DNA of 64,000 nt, taken from NCBI GenBank assembly GCA_051294905.1, contig CM119376.1, positions 992,001 to 1,056,000 of the forward strand, read 5' to 3'. This document shows, one piece after another, positions 44,201 through 53,690 of the stretch. The notes under the pieces were generated by a model. That model made no database searches. It saw only the letters and a program-made list of their open reading frames with translations, and was not told where the DNA came from. Each line of letters starts with the position of its first letter. Within the stretch, counting starts at the first letter, position 1. The position numbers and the translations under genes were made by a program. This DNA is from Botryllus schlosseri (taxonomy: Eukaryota).

Positions 44201-44662
44201 ATGTATTGAACCAAAGTTATTTTTTCGACGATATGTTGTGGTTCTGGTCAAGGCTGCCAACGTAATATCGGGAGATATTCTTGATAGTTTCCGATTGCAC
44301 CCGCATTCTCTTTCGTATTGTCTAACATCGTTCCAATACCTCTTGTCAGACCCCGAGGGTGCAAATAACTTGTACAATTGATCTTGGCTAGCTCGTGTTG
44401 GACCAAATTTGGGCGTCTCTTCGTATATTGGAAAATTATTTTCCGTTTCACCTATTGGCCAACTCTCGTTTAATTTGAATAGACGATTAAGGCGGATGTA
44501 TCTGAGACCTTGATACCGGAACGTTGTCCATCCTGTAAGATTAAATGCTAACCTCACACTCATAGCAGATAGGGGCAATAATTGGCCATGAGTTTGAAGA
44601 TATCCTCGGTGTAGTGTTAAGGCTACTGCCAGCACAATCCATAATTTAAGATAACGATTCAT
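41264..44662 (-). CDS. Type I membrane glycoprotein: env-SU paralog + Tyr/Asp-rich segment + mucin stalk + TM (1132 aa)
   Basis: Signal peptide; YWNDVRQYERECGCNRKLSRISPDI aligns with env YWTSVQEFERTCLCQRRLGQITPNI; Thr/Ser-rich stalk; TM LIFAVCVTIMVGCMYLCYA; basic tail. Confidence 0.88.
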   Translation of the reverse strand: MNRYLKLWIVLAVALTLHRGYLQTHGQLLPLSAMSVRLAFNLTGWTTFRYQGLRYIRLNRLFKLNESWPIGETENNFPIYEETPKFGPTRASQDQLYKLFAPSGSDKRYWNDVRQYERECGCNRKLSRISPDITLAALTRTTTYRRKNNFGSIHTWKYVVGREARGTMAVPRVILRMISPNATPQVTIHQLLTVYKLSVMNILAQYATVTARCQQRSEAILGWRVNKVEFNVCVQGEANQIQCLGCSFFTDDLAVNILSRDFVIMEIDNSIRASGTGTQEAYSYSQWPAGVKLPRLHHDIVWLKARNETGPRERPANFDGHTWFRLRIYALREHLNNETQRIMGKRNFPTMLQGSIECERKKNQKVCRNSIGSLKTALAFKEVLYDPYTNQPVYADHSNGHLQIASPRPTGQESPLKAWPKSLPNCKQPGRLGEFILTASFKNYGQNTRHMDYYLARLGMHYIEVTKRRLRRLSLPIYKMRRKLGSLDRSITGKEMESLSQALRSALTPQKLSRINEELLSYMSTRKLMEVQFHDIRIFQPNVVYTATICAGILVYTPYAYKDNSKIRTNSKMPLSTAESITTKAESYEGTTRGVSPSSETGVWFNFAPVVTTPETTMTGVKTITIAEGNVRMTNQYDTNYYNYDYIEGYDEGFSYAGYDNNTSFQDSGNYYYNYYDEDGEYDGSLKRGAIPVAYTTNSTNIIKTAMTLPMMETPISTKNTQYTIELTTDTTISTPRTSAHTLDNITTALSTTTITPYTRGLTSAIVISGTTSSTPLPAILTTVHSSRENNTSPRPTASITTLLTTVKTVSEQKRRRTSPINIFTTVEPPTAISTQMDAQKSISIATTGATFSESELITRVPMKRGVNARLQWNTMTYQISTKNGEMLDSLSVPIKKTPQITQIPKSYIQLNHHTNQLKDTTPPRAHFNMMFDASQVATTVETHQYFVTSKSRSNTEPDNLNKKQDLQVRTKSTSMLSSGYYQSDPTSVSKNDVVRSWKSISNSALSSITPSIEEEGKATLSIPHTLPTARYDRLDRITFDFYGRLHKLHEIEQGYASGKIIVDINNRKDLEGSLNNHALIFAVCVTIMVGCMYLCYAKCRRVAAKTYLREVIRRNNRKTYITAVTLHEKLR

Positions 44663-44749
44663 ATTATTATAGATTAGTTAGTATATCTGTGGACTTATGA
44701 AAAAATTTAAATTAATAAAAGTCAAATCCTTTGAGTACATATGCGCGCA

Positions 44750-47293
44750 CTACATTCTTGTCGATTTGGCCGTTTTAACGGGGTTCGATGCCGATGATAT
44801 GTACATTGTCAATTGAGTATTCGTGTTCCGCCGTTGTACCTTAGGTTTTAACTTGGGACAGCAAAGACTGCTATAACGACAGCCACAAAACAAGATGATC
44901 CCAGCCCCCAATATCAAAATTACTGGAATTAGAACAGGCCCCAGGCCAGAAAAAATTCCGCTCACTCCCTTATTGAATATTCCTCCGACCGCACCTAATC
45001 CATCTTGTAGTAGATCTCCTGTGCTATCTTCTACTGATTTTATCAAGCTTCCTGCACCGTGTGCCATATCTTCTATCGTTTGGCCCAAGTTATTCATAAA
45101 TTCTTCTCCTCCAACAAATTCGAAAGGCTTAATTGTAATATTCTCATATCGCCAATCAGAAATGTTCATGTACACACTCTTATTCAGATCTTCTCTCCAA
45201 ACTTGGAGACCCAAATCCACCTTCTGTTGGGCTTGATCTAGACTGATACGATTAGCACGTAGTTCCACTCCAATGTCATTCGTCTCATTGATGTAAGCGT
45301 CTCTATAGGCTGTCAATTGCTGAGCGTGTTCTTTTATCCGCAACGTTCCTTGTCGGATTTTCGTAAGATATATCTTGCTGGAATCAAATATCAGCTTACC
45401 AGTTAGGTTTGCTAGTTCATCCAAGACCAACCGATCAAGGGCCAGTTCAGCTTCGTTCATTTCCTTATAGTTTTGAAAAGAGGTCAAAGAAGCTGTGGCT
45501 TGTCGTACTATCATTTGTCGGTTCCTTTCTATGTACTTTTCCATTAGTACAAGTCGTTTATTTGTCAGTGATGTCCTTACTTCCATAGCAGCAATCGTTT
45601 GATCCAGTTTCTGTTGTTGCGCTGTCTGTAGTAGCGAGAGCTCGTTAATCTTTCTTCCTAGTGCAGTGGATCTCTGCGTGGCCTGTATCATTCTATTATT
45701 TATTTGTCTGCTAAGATCCATCGTCTCTTCATGTAACTGGGATGAAACTGTCGCAACGACGGCGATCGTGGATATTACAGCGAATACCAGACATAGCAGT
45801 TCTGCCAGGAACCTTTTACGCCTTCTACGCGTACCCCGTTGTGCGGTATTACTTGATACCAATTCCCCTTTAATTTCTATTGGACCCCCTGGAAAGCGTG
45901 GTCGGTTTAGCTCCGGATCAAAATGAACATGGTCCCAAAAGGCTGCCTTCAAAATGGGTCCTCCTACAGGGTCGCGGCACAAATCCTGGTTATGTGATAT
46001 TCTATTTTTACATGCTTCATCCGATGCAGTAAGAGAGGGGAAGAATTTCCACATAGGCCTGGGAAAAGGTACCCATGTTGATGTAGATGCCTTAAACCTA
46101 GTCGGCACACCATCAAAAAGGTTATTCCACCTCATGCCCTGATTGCCACGATTAGCATACACACTGTGATCCAGATTTGGAAGAGCCGGTTGTATCCATT
46201 TTACTCTGGGAGGAAAATTTGTCGTTGGTAGATCACCCCATAGAGTGGTATTCATTCCTGGCCAGAAGTTGCACGAATGGGCTATTACACGACCCCTTGG
46301 CCATAAGTGCTCAAACCAGTCCTGATTAATCCATCCCCCCTGAGCCCGGCATGGTATCAATGGAGTGCGCACATACTGCACCCTACTTACTTTAGTCATT
46401 ACTATTTCTTGGATGATTATATCCGCCTTATTTGGTTCCAGGGCAGAGATAACTCCTCTAAAATCACACCTTGTACAGATTCCCAATATGACCCCTTTCT
46501 CCCTATAGGAGTACAACTGTTGCCAATAGTCGCCCCGGTAGGCTCTTTTTTGTATAAGCTGCCAGCATTGTGTAAAACTATTGCTACTGGCATTATACTT
46601 ATTCAATTCATTTATTTCGGCTCTGTCCCGGTCTCCCATAGGCTCTTGACGGCATGATGCTTCAATAGCTGAATAACTTTCGAACAGTCTCATCATAATT
46701 AATTTAAATTTGGTAAGAGCAAACATAGTGTAATTCTTGCCAAGGTCATGAAACGACATGTATTGGTCCCCACTCCAGAACCAACGAATCCTATAATACC
46801 CTATTGGACGCACGAACATGTTCGTTTGTTTAAGGACATCATAGGAAATATTGGGCGTGATTTGGCCCAGGCGCCGCTGACAGAGACAGGTGCGTTCAAA
46901 TTCTTGTACGCTTGTCCAATATCTTCCATGTGGAAACGCCATTTGTTGTAATGAAAATCGCTCAGCCACTACGTAACCAAATGACTTACTGTAAAACAAC
47001 TCAGGCCGTCTATATACATGTCGCTCCGCCGTTTTATTGAAGATGCTCATCAATTGATAGTCCTCCCATTGTGTATCATTTAAAGTGACCCATCCATCAG
47101 GCAGTGATCCTCGTAGTTCACCCAGCGTCCCCTGAGTGAAAGACCGTGCCCTACTTGTTACAGGATCTGCGAGTCCGTGCATGCCTTTCGCCGCCGTATG
47201 CAGCACCACATCAGACGTACAAATGATACCAACAAGGATAGACAGAGAATAAGGAAGGAGGTCCATGGCACAGACAGTGGTGGTTCTCGCCAC
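44750..47293 (-). CDS. env: Envelope / class I fusion glycoprotein (~840 aa)
   Basis: Signal peptide from ATG 47266; many NxS/T sites; furin site RRRRKR (45812-45829) directly followed by hydrophobic FLAELLCLVFAVISTIAVVATV; heptad repeats; Gly-rich membrane-proximal region; TM LIPVILILGAGIILFCGC. Confidence 0.9.
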   Translation of the reverse strand: MARTTTVCAMDLLPYSLSILVGIICTSDVVLHTAAKGMHGLADPVTSRARSFTQGTLGELRGSLPDGWVTLNDTQWEDYQLMSIFNKTAERHVYRRPELFYSKSFGYVVAERFSLQQMAFPHGRYWTSVQEFERTCLCQRRLGQITPNISYDVLKQTNMFVRPIGYYRIRWFWSGDQYMSFHDLGKNYTMFALTKFKLIMMRLFESYSAIEASCRQEPMGDRDRAEINELNKYNASSNSFTQCWQLIQKRAYRGDYWQQLYSYREKGVILGICTRCDFRGVISALEPNKADIIIQEIVMTKVSRVQYVRTPLIPCRAQGGWINQDWFEHLWPRGRVIAHSCNFWPGMNTTLWGDLPTTNFPPRVKWIQPALPNLDHSVYANRGNQGMRWNNLFDGVPTRFKASTSTWVPFPRPMWKFFPSLTASDEACKNRISHNQDLCRDPVGGPILKAAFWDHVHFDPELNRPRFPGGPIEIKGELVSSNTAQRGTRRRRKRFLAELLCLVFAVISTIAVVATVSSQLHEETMDLSRQINNRMIQATQRSTALGRKINELSLLQTAQQQKLDQTIAAMEVRTSLTNKRLVLMEKYIERNRQMIVRQATASLTSFQNYKEMNEAELALDRLVLDELANLTGKLIFDSSKIYLTKIRQGTLRIKEHAQQLTAYRDAYINETNDIGVELRANRISLDQAQQKVDLGLQVWREDLNKSVYMNISDWRYENITIKPFEFVGGEEFMNNLGQTIEDMAHGAGSLIKSVEDSTGDLLQDGLGAVGGIFNKGVSGIFSGLGPVLIPVILILGAGIILFCGCRYSSLCCPKLKPKVQRRNTNTQLTMYISSASNPVKTAKSTRM

Positions 47294-47395
47294 GTCATAA
47301 ACTAAATATAATCGCGTACTAGACCTAGACTACCGTCTGTAAAAACACAGAATAACAGATATCGTCATTTTCGTCCTGGAACCTTATAGCGGGGT

Positions 47396-48322
47396 TCACA
47401 ATTGTGGTAATATAGGAGACCCATCAAATTTGTCAAAATTATACCGTGGATCATTGTGTATAGTGCGCAGGAGTGCCAAGAATCGGTCAGTCTTTTGATG
47501 TTGACGTTTCCACAAAAACTCCCCTACGTAATCAGCCAAAAGGTGACGTGCTAAACCACGAGACCTATGTAAATGATATTTAAGCTGTCCCCAGGCCCCC
47601 TCGATTTCATTAGTACAAAAAGCTGTCCGAGGGTCCTTAAACCACCGGGAGTGGTCCACTACACCGTGTATATAACCCTTCCCCCAGCTTTCTATGCCCC
47701 TGTAGGAAGGGTAGGCATCGGTTAAAATTGTGGACCCCTCTGCCACATTTTCTACTATTAACTTTCGAAATACTTGAGCAGTCCTGTCAGAAGTTATTTC
47801 GATGAACATTTCTCCGGTGGCTTTGTCTATTCCCCCGAACGCCCAAATGGCTTTAACGGCTGGTCCTTTGTCTGAGGCAACCCGACGCTTAGCCAGATGC
47901 GTTTCATCAATAACTACACAACCGCCTTCATTTCCCAAACGTCGCTTATTCCTGTGAAATTCGGCCGTACAAAGCTTTCGCAATCGGCCACACCAGGTGA
48001 CCGTTGAACGTTGGCTAATCTCGGCTTCATGCGAAATTTGGGTTTGCAACGCGTCATGGGACCAAAAGTAGAACAATATTAATAATTTGGGAAGTTCTAC
48101 CTTGCTTCCCGCGAATATCGAGTGTTTCCGTATAGTCGCCGTAGTGTCACAGGGGTTGCATCGCCACCTAAATCCATCATCGCCTGTTGACGTAATTTCC
48201 TCTTTCATTATTTTTTTACATCGCTTGCATTTCATCCTTCGCACCAACAACCCGTGATTTCTCAGAAATATCACACAATCCCGTGTGTTTAGCAATGCAC
48301 CCGATTCGACCAAACTCAACAC
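47396..48322 (-). CDS. IS1595/ISXO2/Merlin-family DDE transposase, copy 1 (next to right end)
   Basis: CKRC..WRCNPC Zn ribbon, VIDET, LTDAYPSY, DH, TNEIEGAW, YVGEFLWKR. No in-frame ATG at the homologous N-terminus; probably spliced from ATG 48575-48577. Confidence 0.92.
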   Translation of the reverse strand: MLSLVESGALLNTRDCVIFLRNHGLLVRRMKCKRCKKIMKEEITSTGDDGFRWRCNPCDTTATIRKHSIFAGSKVELPKLLILFYFWSHDALQTQISHEAEISQRSTVTWCGRLRKLCTAEFHRNKRRLGNEGGCVVIDETHLAKRRVASDKGPAVKAIWAFGGIDKATGEMFIEITSDRTAQVFRKLIVENVAEGSTILTDAYPSYRGIESWGKGYIHGVVDHSRWFKDPRTAFCTNEIEGAWGQLKYHLHRSRGLARHLLADYVGEFLWKRQHQKTDRFLALLRTIHNDPRYNFDKFDGSPILPQL

Positions 48323-48409
48323 ATTGTATGTTCTTTTCCGCGTATCTGCGCAAGTAAATAATACGACATGTGGCGTCGATCAACTCCCCATCGTCTTTGG
48401 CGGATCAAA

Positions 48410-48423
48410 CCCCCCTTTTTCTT
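48410..48423 (-). promoter_or_regulatory. Polypurine tract (plus-strand primer candidate)
   Basis: Minus strand AAGAAAAAGGGGGG, matching the MLV-type PPT AGAAAAAGGGGGG. Confidence 0.65.
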
Positions 48424-48611
48424 GGCGTTTCATGTGTACTGACTCTCTCCTATTTTAATCCCGTGTTATTCCTATGACAGGGTTATTTTTTTCACTTGTT
48501 CCTTACCAGGCCTAATGATTTTTTCACCCTCATTTCAATGTACATGCAAAACACTTACTATCCCACTACACACCCATTTTATGGTGCAACAACTATCGCC
48601 GCCTAGACCTC

Positions 48612-48634
48612 CGGGCACTTATTTCACAAGTACC
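48612..48634 (-). repeat. Right terminal inverted repeat of the giant element
   Basis: Ends in CC, followed by TSD GAATAATT. Confidence 0.85.
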
Positions 48635-49540
48635 GAATAATTCATTGAGTTCTATTGGACTGCCATAAAATACAATTCCCAAAATTGCCATTCGACAAAA
48701 TGTGTCCTAATTGAGCATTCCCGGAGTGGCTGCTTCGTCGATGTATAAGCCACATCGATTTAAATCCTTGTTTCTTAGATTCCGAATGCATATTATAGCC
48801 GACGCATGGCATTTCCTTATAAGGAAATATCTTCTTTCTCCATAGCGCTGTGCCTTTCTACGCATTCTGAACAGATGCTTGACAGACTGACATTAACAGG
48901 GTCAGCTAACAGCTATACTCGCATTCACCAGTTACTCTTAATTCGGAGACATCTTCTGATCGGTGAATAAGGTCCGGTATCAGTCCAACTCTAGCATCGG
49001 CGCATGGGTGGTAGGGGAGATGTGGTACCGATGGATCACTGGGTCCGAAAATACAGCAATAGTTTTCTATGATCATGTTGTCGTTACGCTATGTTAGTTT
49101 GATCAGCGATCCGTATTAAGGAGAACTTTCTCGAGCCACGTTTTGGACAGGATTAGGTAACGTCTTGTAGATTTATCGGCTGTTTTATGTTTTTGGGGGT
49201 CAAAAGTAAATTTAGTTACGGGGAGAATTTTTCATTTCATTGCAATATGATGAAGGGGCCAGCCACGACTTTTGTAGCAAATTAAAGGTCATATATAAGG
49301 TTCCATTTTAGCGAGAACTTCCAGTAACATTGGATCAATAAATGTGAAGAATTTTACTGAATTCAGAAATTTTTGTGTTAGGGTACCGATGATACAGCGC
49401 CCTAAAAACATCATGGTTATATAGACTTTTATAACATGAGCTACAGTTTCTATCATGGCAGAAAAGATGCTTAGATATCCTCATAGAAAACTGAATAATG
49501 TTTTTTGTCAGTACAGAGTCTATTCTTGAGTCTCTAGATC

Positions 49541-51573
49541 ATGCCAACTTTCAAAAAATATAAAACTAAGAGAGCTTCATTTTCTGAAGAGGACTTGAAT
49601 GACGCCTTACGAAAAGTATATGAGAAAGGCATGAGTTTGAGAAAAGCATCGGAGCATTTCAATATTCCATTCGCTACTTTGGCGAGGTACATGAGAAAAA
49701 AAAAGAGAGGTCGGACAAGAAAAAGTGCAAAAGCTTTCTCACGTAACAACACAGGTATACAAATGTAGTTGATTCAGCATATTGATAATGAGGGTAGCAA
49801 TAAATTTGTCGAAAGGTCATAAACAGTTATAAAAGGTTTTGATAATTAGTCCTGAGTATCAGCAAATTATCAAATCTGCAACTTCGTGAATTGGTTTAAG
49901 ATTTCATTTGTTATTTGCAGGTCTTCACAAAAGATGAGGAGGTTGCATTAGAGCGTCACATTTTGCAGTTATCAAAAATGTTCTACGGCTTAACGAAAGT
50001 TCAAGCACGAAAACTTGCTTATAAGTTCGCTACCATGAACAAAGATGTACCAAGAAACTGGCAAGACAATGAGGCTGCTGGGGAAGATTGGTTAAAAGGA
50101 TTCCGTAAAAGAACTGGAACCCTTGCGCTTCGCAGTCCCGAGTCGACCAGTATCGGAAGATCTATTGGATTTAATCGTCCAGTTGTGTCTAAATATTTTG
50201 AGACTCTGAAGGAGGTTTTGCAACGCGGTACTCCAATCTGTGGACAGAATATATGGAATTTGGATGAAACCGGTATTTTAACAGTTGTCAAGCCGGCTAA
50301 AATATTGTCGCATAAAGGTACAAAGCAAATCGGTAGGATATCTTCGGCGGAAAGGGGAGTGACTGTCACTATGTGCTGCTGCATAAATGCAATTGGTAAT
50401 TCTACTCCACCAGTCTACATATTTCCACGAAGACATTTCCAGGATCACATGTTGAGGGGTGCACCATCAGGCAGTTTGGGTTTGGCAAATCCTTCTGGCT
50501 GGATGACCTGCGATCTTTTTCCTGAGGCTCTTGCTCATTTCATAAGTTTCATGAACGTGAGTAAAAGCAACCCGGGGCTATTGCTGATGGATAACCATAT
50601 TAGCCATCTTTCGATCCCTGCTATAGAAATGGCAAGAAAACATGGATTGAGGATTCTTACATTTCCGCCGCATTGCAGCCACAGATTACAGCCTCTTGAT
50701 ATAGGAGTGTATGGGCCATTTAAAAACTACTATTCATCAATTTGTGACTCCTGGATGACAACTAATCCCGTTAAGAGCCTGAAGATATATGATGTTGCTG
50801 AGCTCTCAGGACAAGCATTTGTAAAATCATTCACAATGGAAAACATTACTTCTTCCTTCAAGTCAAGTGGTATACACCCCTACAATCCATGCATCTTTAG
50901 TGATGACTCATTTCTGCCTGCAAGTGTTACAGACAGGCCCATTTCCACTGACTGTGACATAGAATCCGGGACGGGTATCGAGCCGATATCGATACGCCAA
51001 GAAAATGTCGGAGTAGCAAGTCCGTTGAATCTGAATTCACTGGTAAACTTGGATCATGGTGAATCAGACGAACCCTCATCTTCATTCAGCTTTGGCAGCC
51101 CAATCTCTGCATCAAGTCCAGCATGCTCCGATTTGAGTCAAATATCATCTGACATAAGTACAGTGCTACAGCATGTTTCACCCTATCCCAAGACTAATAC
51201 TGTGAGGAGGCCTTCAAATAGGAAAAGGCGCAAATCTGCTATCATAACCGATACGCCAGAGAAAGAGATCTTAGAGAGAAGTCAAAATACCAAAGCTCAA
51301 CCTAAACGTCGCAAATCTATGCTTCCTGTCTCATGTGACAAGCTGCGCACTAAGACACAGCCGGTCATAGCTCAGTCTAAACAAAGAAAATCAACACTTT
51401 CCGCCTTATGTGACAGGTCGAGCAGAAAAAAACTGCCAACCGTAACTCAGTCGAAACAAAGAAAATCAATGCTTCATGCCGAACCTGGCGAAACAAAAGG
51501 AAGCAAACAAGCAGTCGACGGGGACTTTGTTATTGTCAAAGTCTTTTCTGAAGTTAAAGGCAGGGATATATAG
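49541..51573 (+). pseudogene. pogo-like transposase (HTH_psq, CENP-B-type HTH, DDE_1), two exons, apparent frameshift
   Basis: Exon 1 HTH (SLRKASEHFNIPFATL); intron 49755-49920 (GT..AG); exon 2 NLDETG, LMDNHISH, QPLD. The exons join in frame only if one A is removed from the 9-A run at 49696-49704. Confidence 0.8.
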
Positions 51574-52199
51574 AACTCCGGGATGGCTGACTTCTTTTTG
51601 GCCTATACATAAGTAGGGCTATATACCAACCTGCAATCTACCTCGAAATCTTCACTTTCTTTCGCAAGTTAGCGATGTAGGTGTTTATACAATCGGATTC
51701 CTTGACCTTTCGCCGCCTTCCTGGTGAGCAAGCAAGACATTCTAGAAAACATGGGTCTTCCCATACCTCAACCTTTATGCTAAGCAAACTCAGACAACGT
51801 TGAACATCAGCAATTTCATTCAGTAAATCATAAATACAGAAAATACTTCAAATTAACCTAAATTTACCGACAGGTAATACATATAAAGGTGGATAACGAA
51901 GAAAATCAGTATTTTCTAAACGTTCAACACATTGTTTTCCAAACTTTTTCAGTGTGGGTGATAATTTTGAAAAGTATTTGGGAGAAGTAATATAAGTCAA
52001 ACAGGAAAGAGTAACTATATGATGCTGAGACTTTTTGAATTGTAAAGGCTCTTTTGAATACTACAACACGCCCAATTTTCTCCACTTTTTCGTCGATAGA
52101 CATTCCTGAGCTTTATCGTCATTGGCTGTGCAGTAGCAGTACATCCCGAATCAAGCTTCTGAAGGGTTCGATACTAATTCGCAAGTATTGGAAATTATG

Positions 52200-52440
52200 T
52201 GTAATGGTGATGCGTCCGGCTTCTCGATCGGTAGGTCGTGGGTTCGATTCCCGGCCGGATCAGACCAAAGACTCGAAAACTGGTATCCGCGGCTATCCTG
52301 CTAGGCGCTCAGCATCCACGGATAGCATGGAGGAGAAAAAAACGGGGGTGCAGACTGGGTTACCTTACGGTCGTATAGCATCTCCGCTGTCAAAGCATCA
52401 CGATGGTGCAGGCGAAAAAGAATATCATATCTCTCGCTCT
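52200..52440 (+). mobile_element. tRNA-derived SINE inside the pogo element
   Basis: tRNA-like head with B box GGTTCGATTCC followed by a non-tRNA body (AAGACTCGAAAACTGGTATCC); related to 61510-61790. Confidence 0.7.
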
Positions 52441-53032
52441 CTCCAGAAGATTTTCGGACATGATAACTGATTCAATGGACTGAGTAGATATTAAAAGCGT
52501 CGCTGCTGAGACACAAGACCCAAATTTCCAGATTGAAGCCAATATTTGAAGATGGTAATGCAAGTATTGTATAGCAGCATATCCACTGATGATGTGCTGT
52601 ACAGAATGGAACGTCGCATTTCGTTTCATGAATCTGCAACAAAAATTAACAATTTAGAGATACAAATCAATCATAAACCCAATCTTTACGAATAGCTTGA
52701 TCTGGGGATTCAACCCAGTGGTGTTAAACCGCCAAATATGTTAGATTTTTATATCTCAATTCCAAATGCATGAAGCTGGACGCTTGTCCATTAGAGAATG
52801 AAACATCAAAGTTCAGATTGAATCGGGTTTTTCTGCATGGTGTCGTAATACAGAGCTCATAGTTTACTTTGGTCTTGACGTACGTCACAATGATGCAAGT
52901 GTACGGAACGAAATATCCTACACCTCTTTCAGCAACAGTTATATGTGAAAGCTATAAGACTATTAAAAAAAGTTCTTTAAATTTGGACGGTACAATTTAG
53001 CGATCTTTAGCAGTGGAATAGAGCTGTGCTAG

Positions 53033-53690
53033 AAAACTGATAAGCTGCTGGTATTTCTTTCAAAAGCAATCAAACAGTCAAACTGACGTTAGTGGCAGAA
53101 CCCTTGCAGAAATTCATTAGCACCACCTATAATATCAAAAGGTATTAAATGTTGTTTCCAATATTTAGTTTTTAGTTGCATACATTTGTCCTATATGCAA
53201 TTTAGGTTGCAAGGTACGTGCAAGATAAAAAAAGTTGAGAAGTGACAACCACTGATTTAACCGCCATAATATTCCAGCTATTAATTATAATGTCGACAAA
53301 ATGCACACTGCAAAGTTGACAAAATGGCAGAATGATCTTTACTATAGTATAGTATAGCAGTGCAATACAGGGGGTGGGAAACTGATGAGCTGCTGGTATT
53401 TCTTTCAAAAGCAATCAAACAGTCAAGCTGAAGTTGGTGGCAGAACCCTTGCAGAAACTTTATCAGCACCACATAAAATATCAAAAGGTATTCAATGTTG
53501 TTTCCAATATTTAGTTTTTAGTTCCATACATTTGTCCTATATGCAATTTAGGTTGCAAGGTGTGCAAGAACAAAAAGGTTGAGAAGTGACAACCGCTGAT
53601 TTAACTGCCATAATATTCCAACTATAGAGTACAATGTCGACAAAATGCACAGTTGATAAAATGGCAGGATGATCTTTTCTATAGCGTAGT
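53033..53690. repeat. Tandem duplication, two ~345-bp units
   Basis: AAACTGAT.AGCTGCTGGTATTTCTTTCAAAAGCAATCAAACAGTC... repeated at ~53033 and ~53379. Confidence 0.85.

Larger units (their letters stand above)
8656..48634 (-). mobile_element. Giant (39,979 bp) retrovirus-like element with Merlin/IS1595-type ends
   Basis: 23-bp imperfect TIRs GGAACTAGTGCAGTATATGCCCG (8656-8678) vs reverse complement GGTACTTGTGAAATAAGTGCCCG (48612-48634), 17/23 identical; perfect 8-bp TSD GAATAATT (8648-8655, 48635-48642); all long ORFs between are on the minus strand and include gag, pol, env and two IS1595-type transposases. Confidence 0.9.

Noticed and set aside
52200-52270. tRNA gene
   Set aside because: Only the B-box and T-arm half is tRNA-like, and it continues into a repeat body seen elsewhere; it is a SINE.
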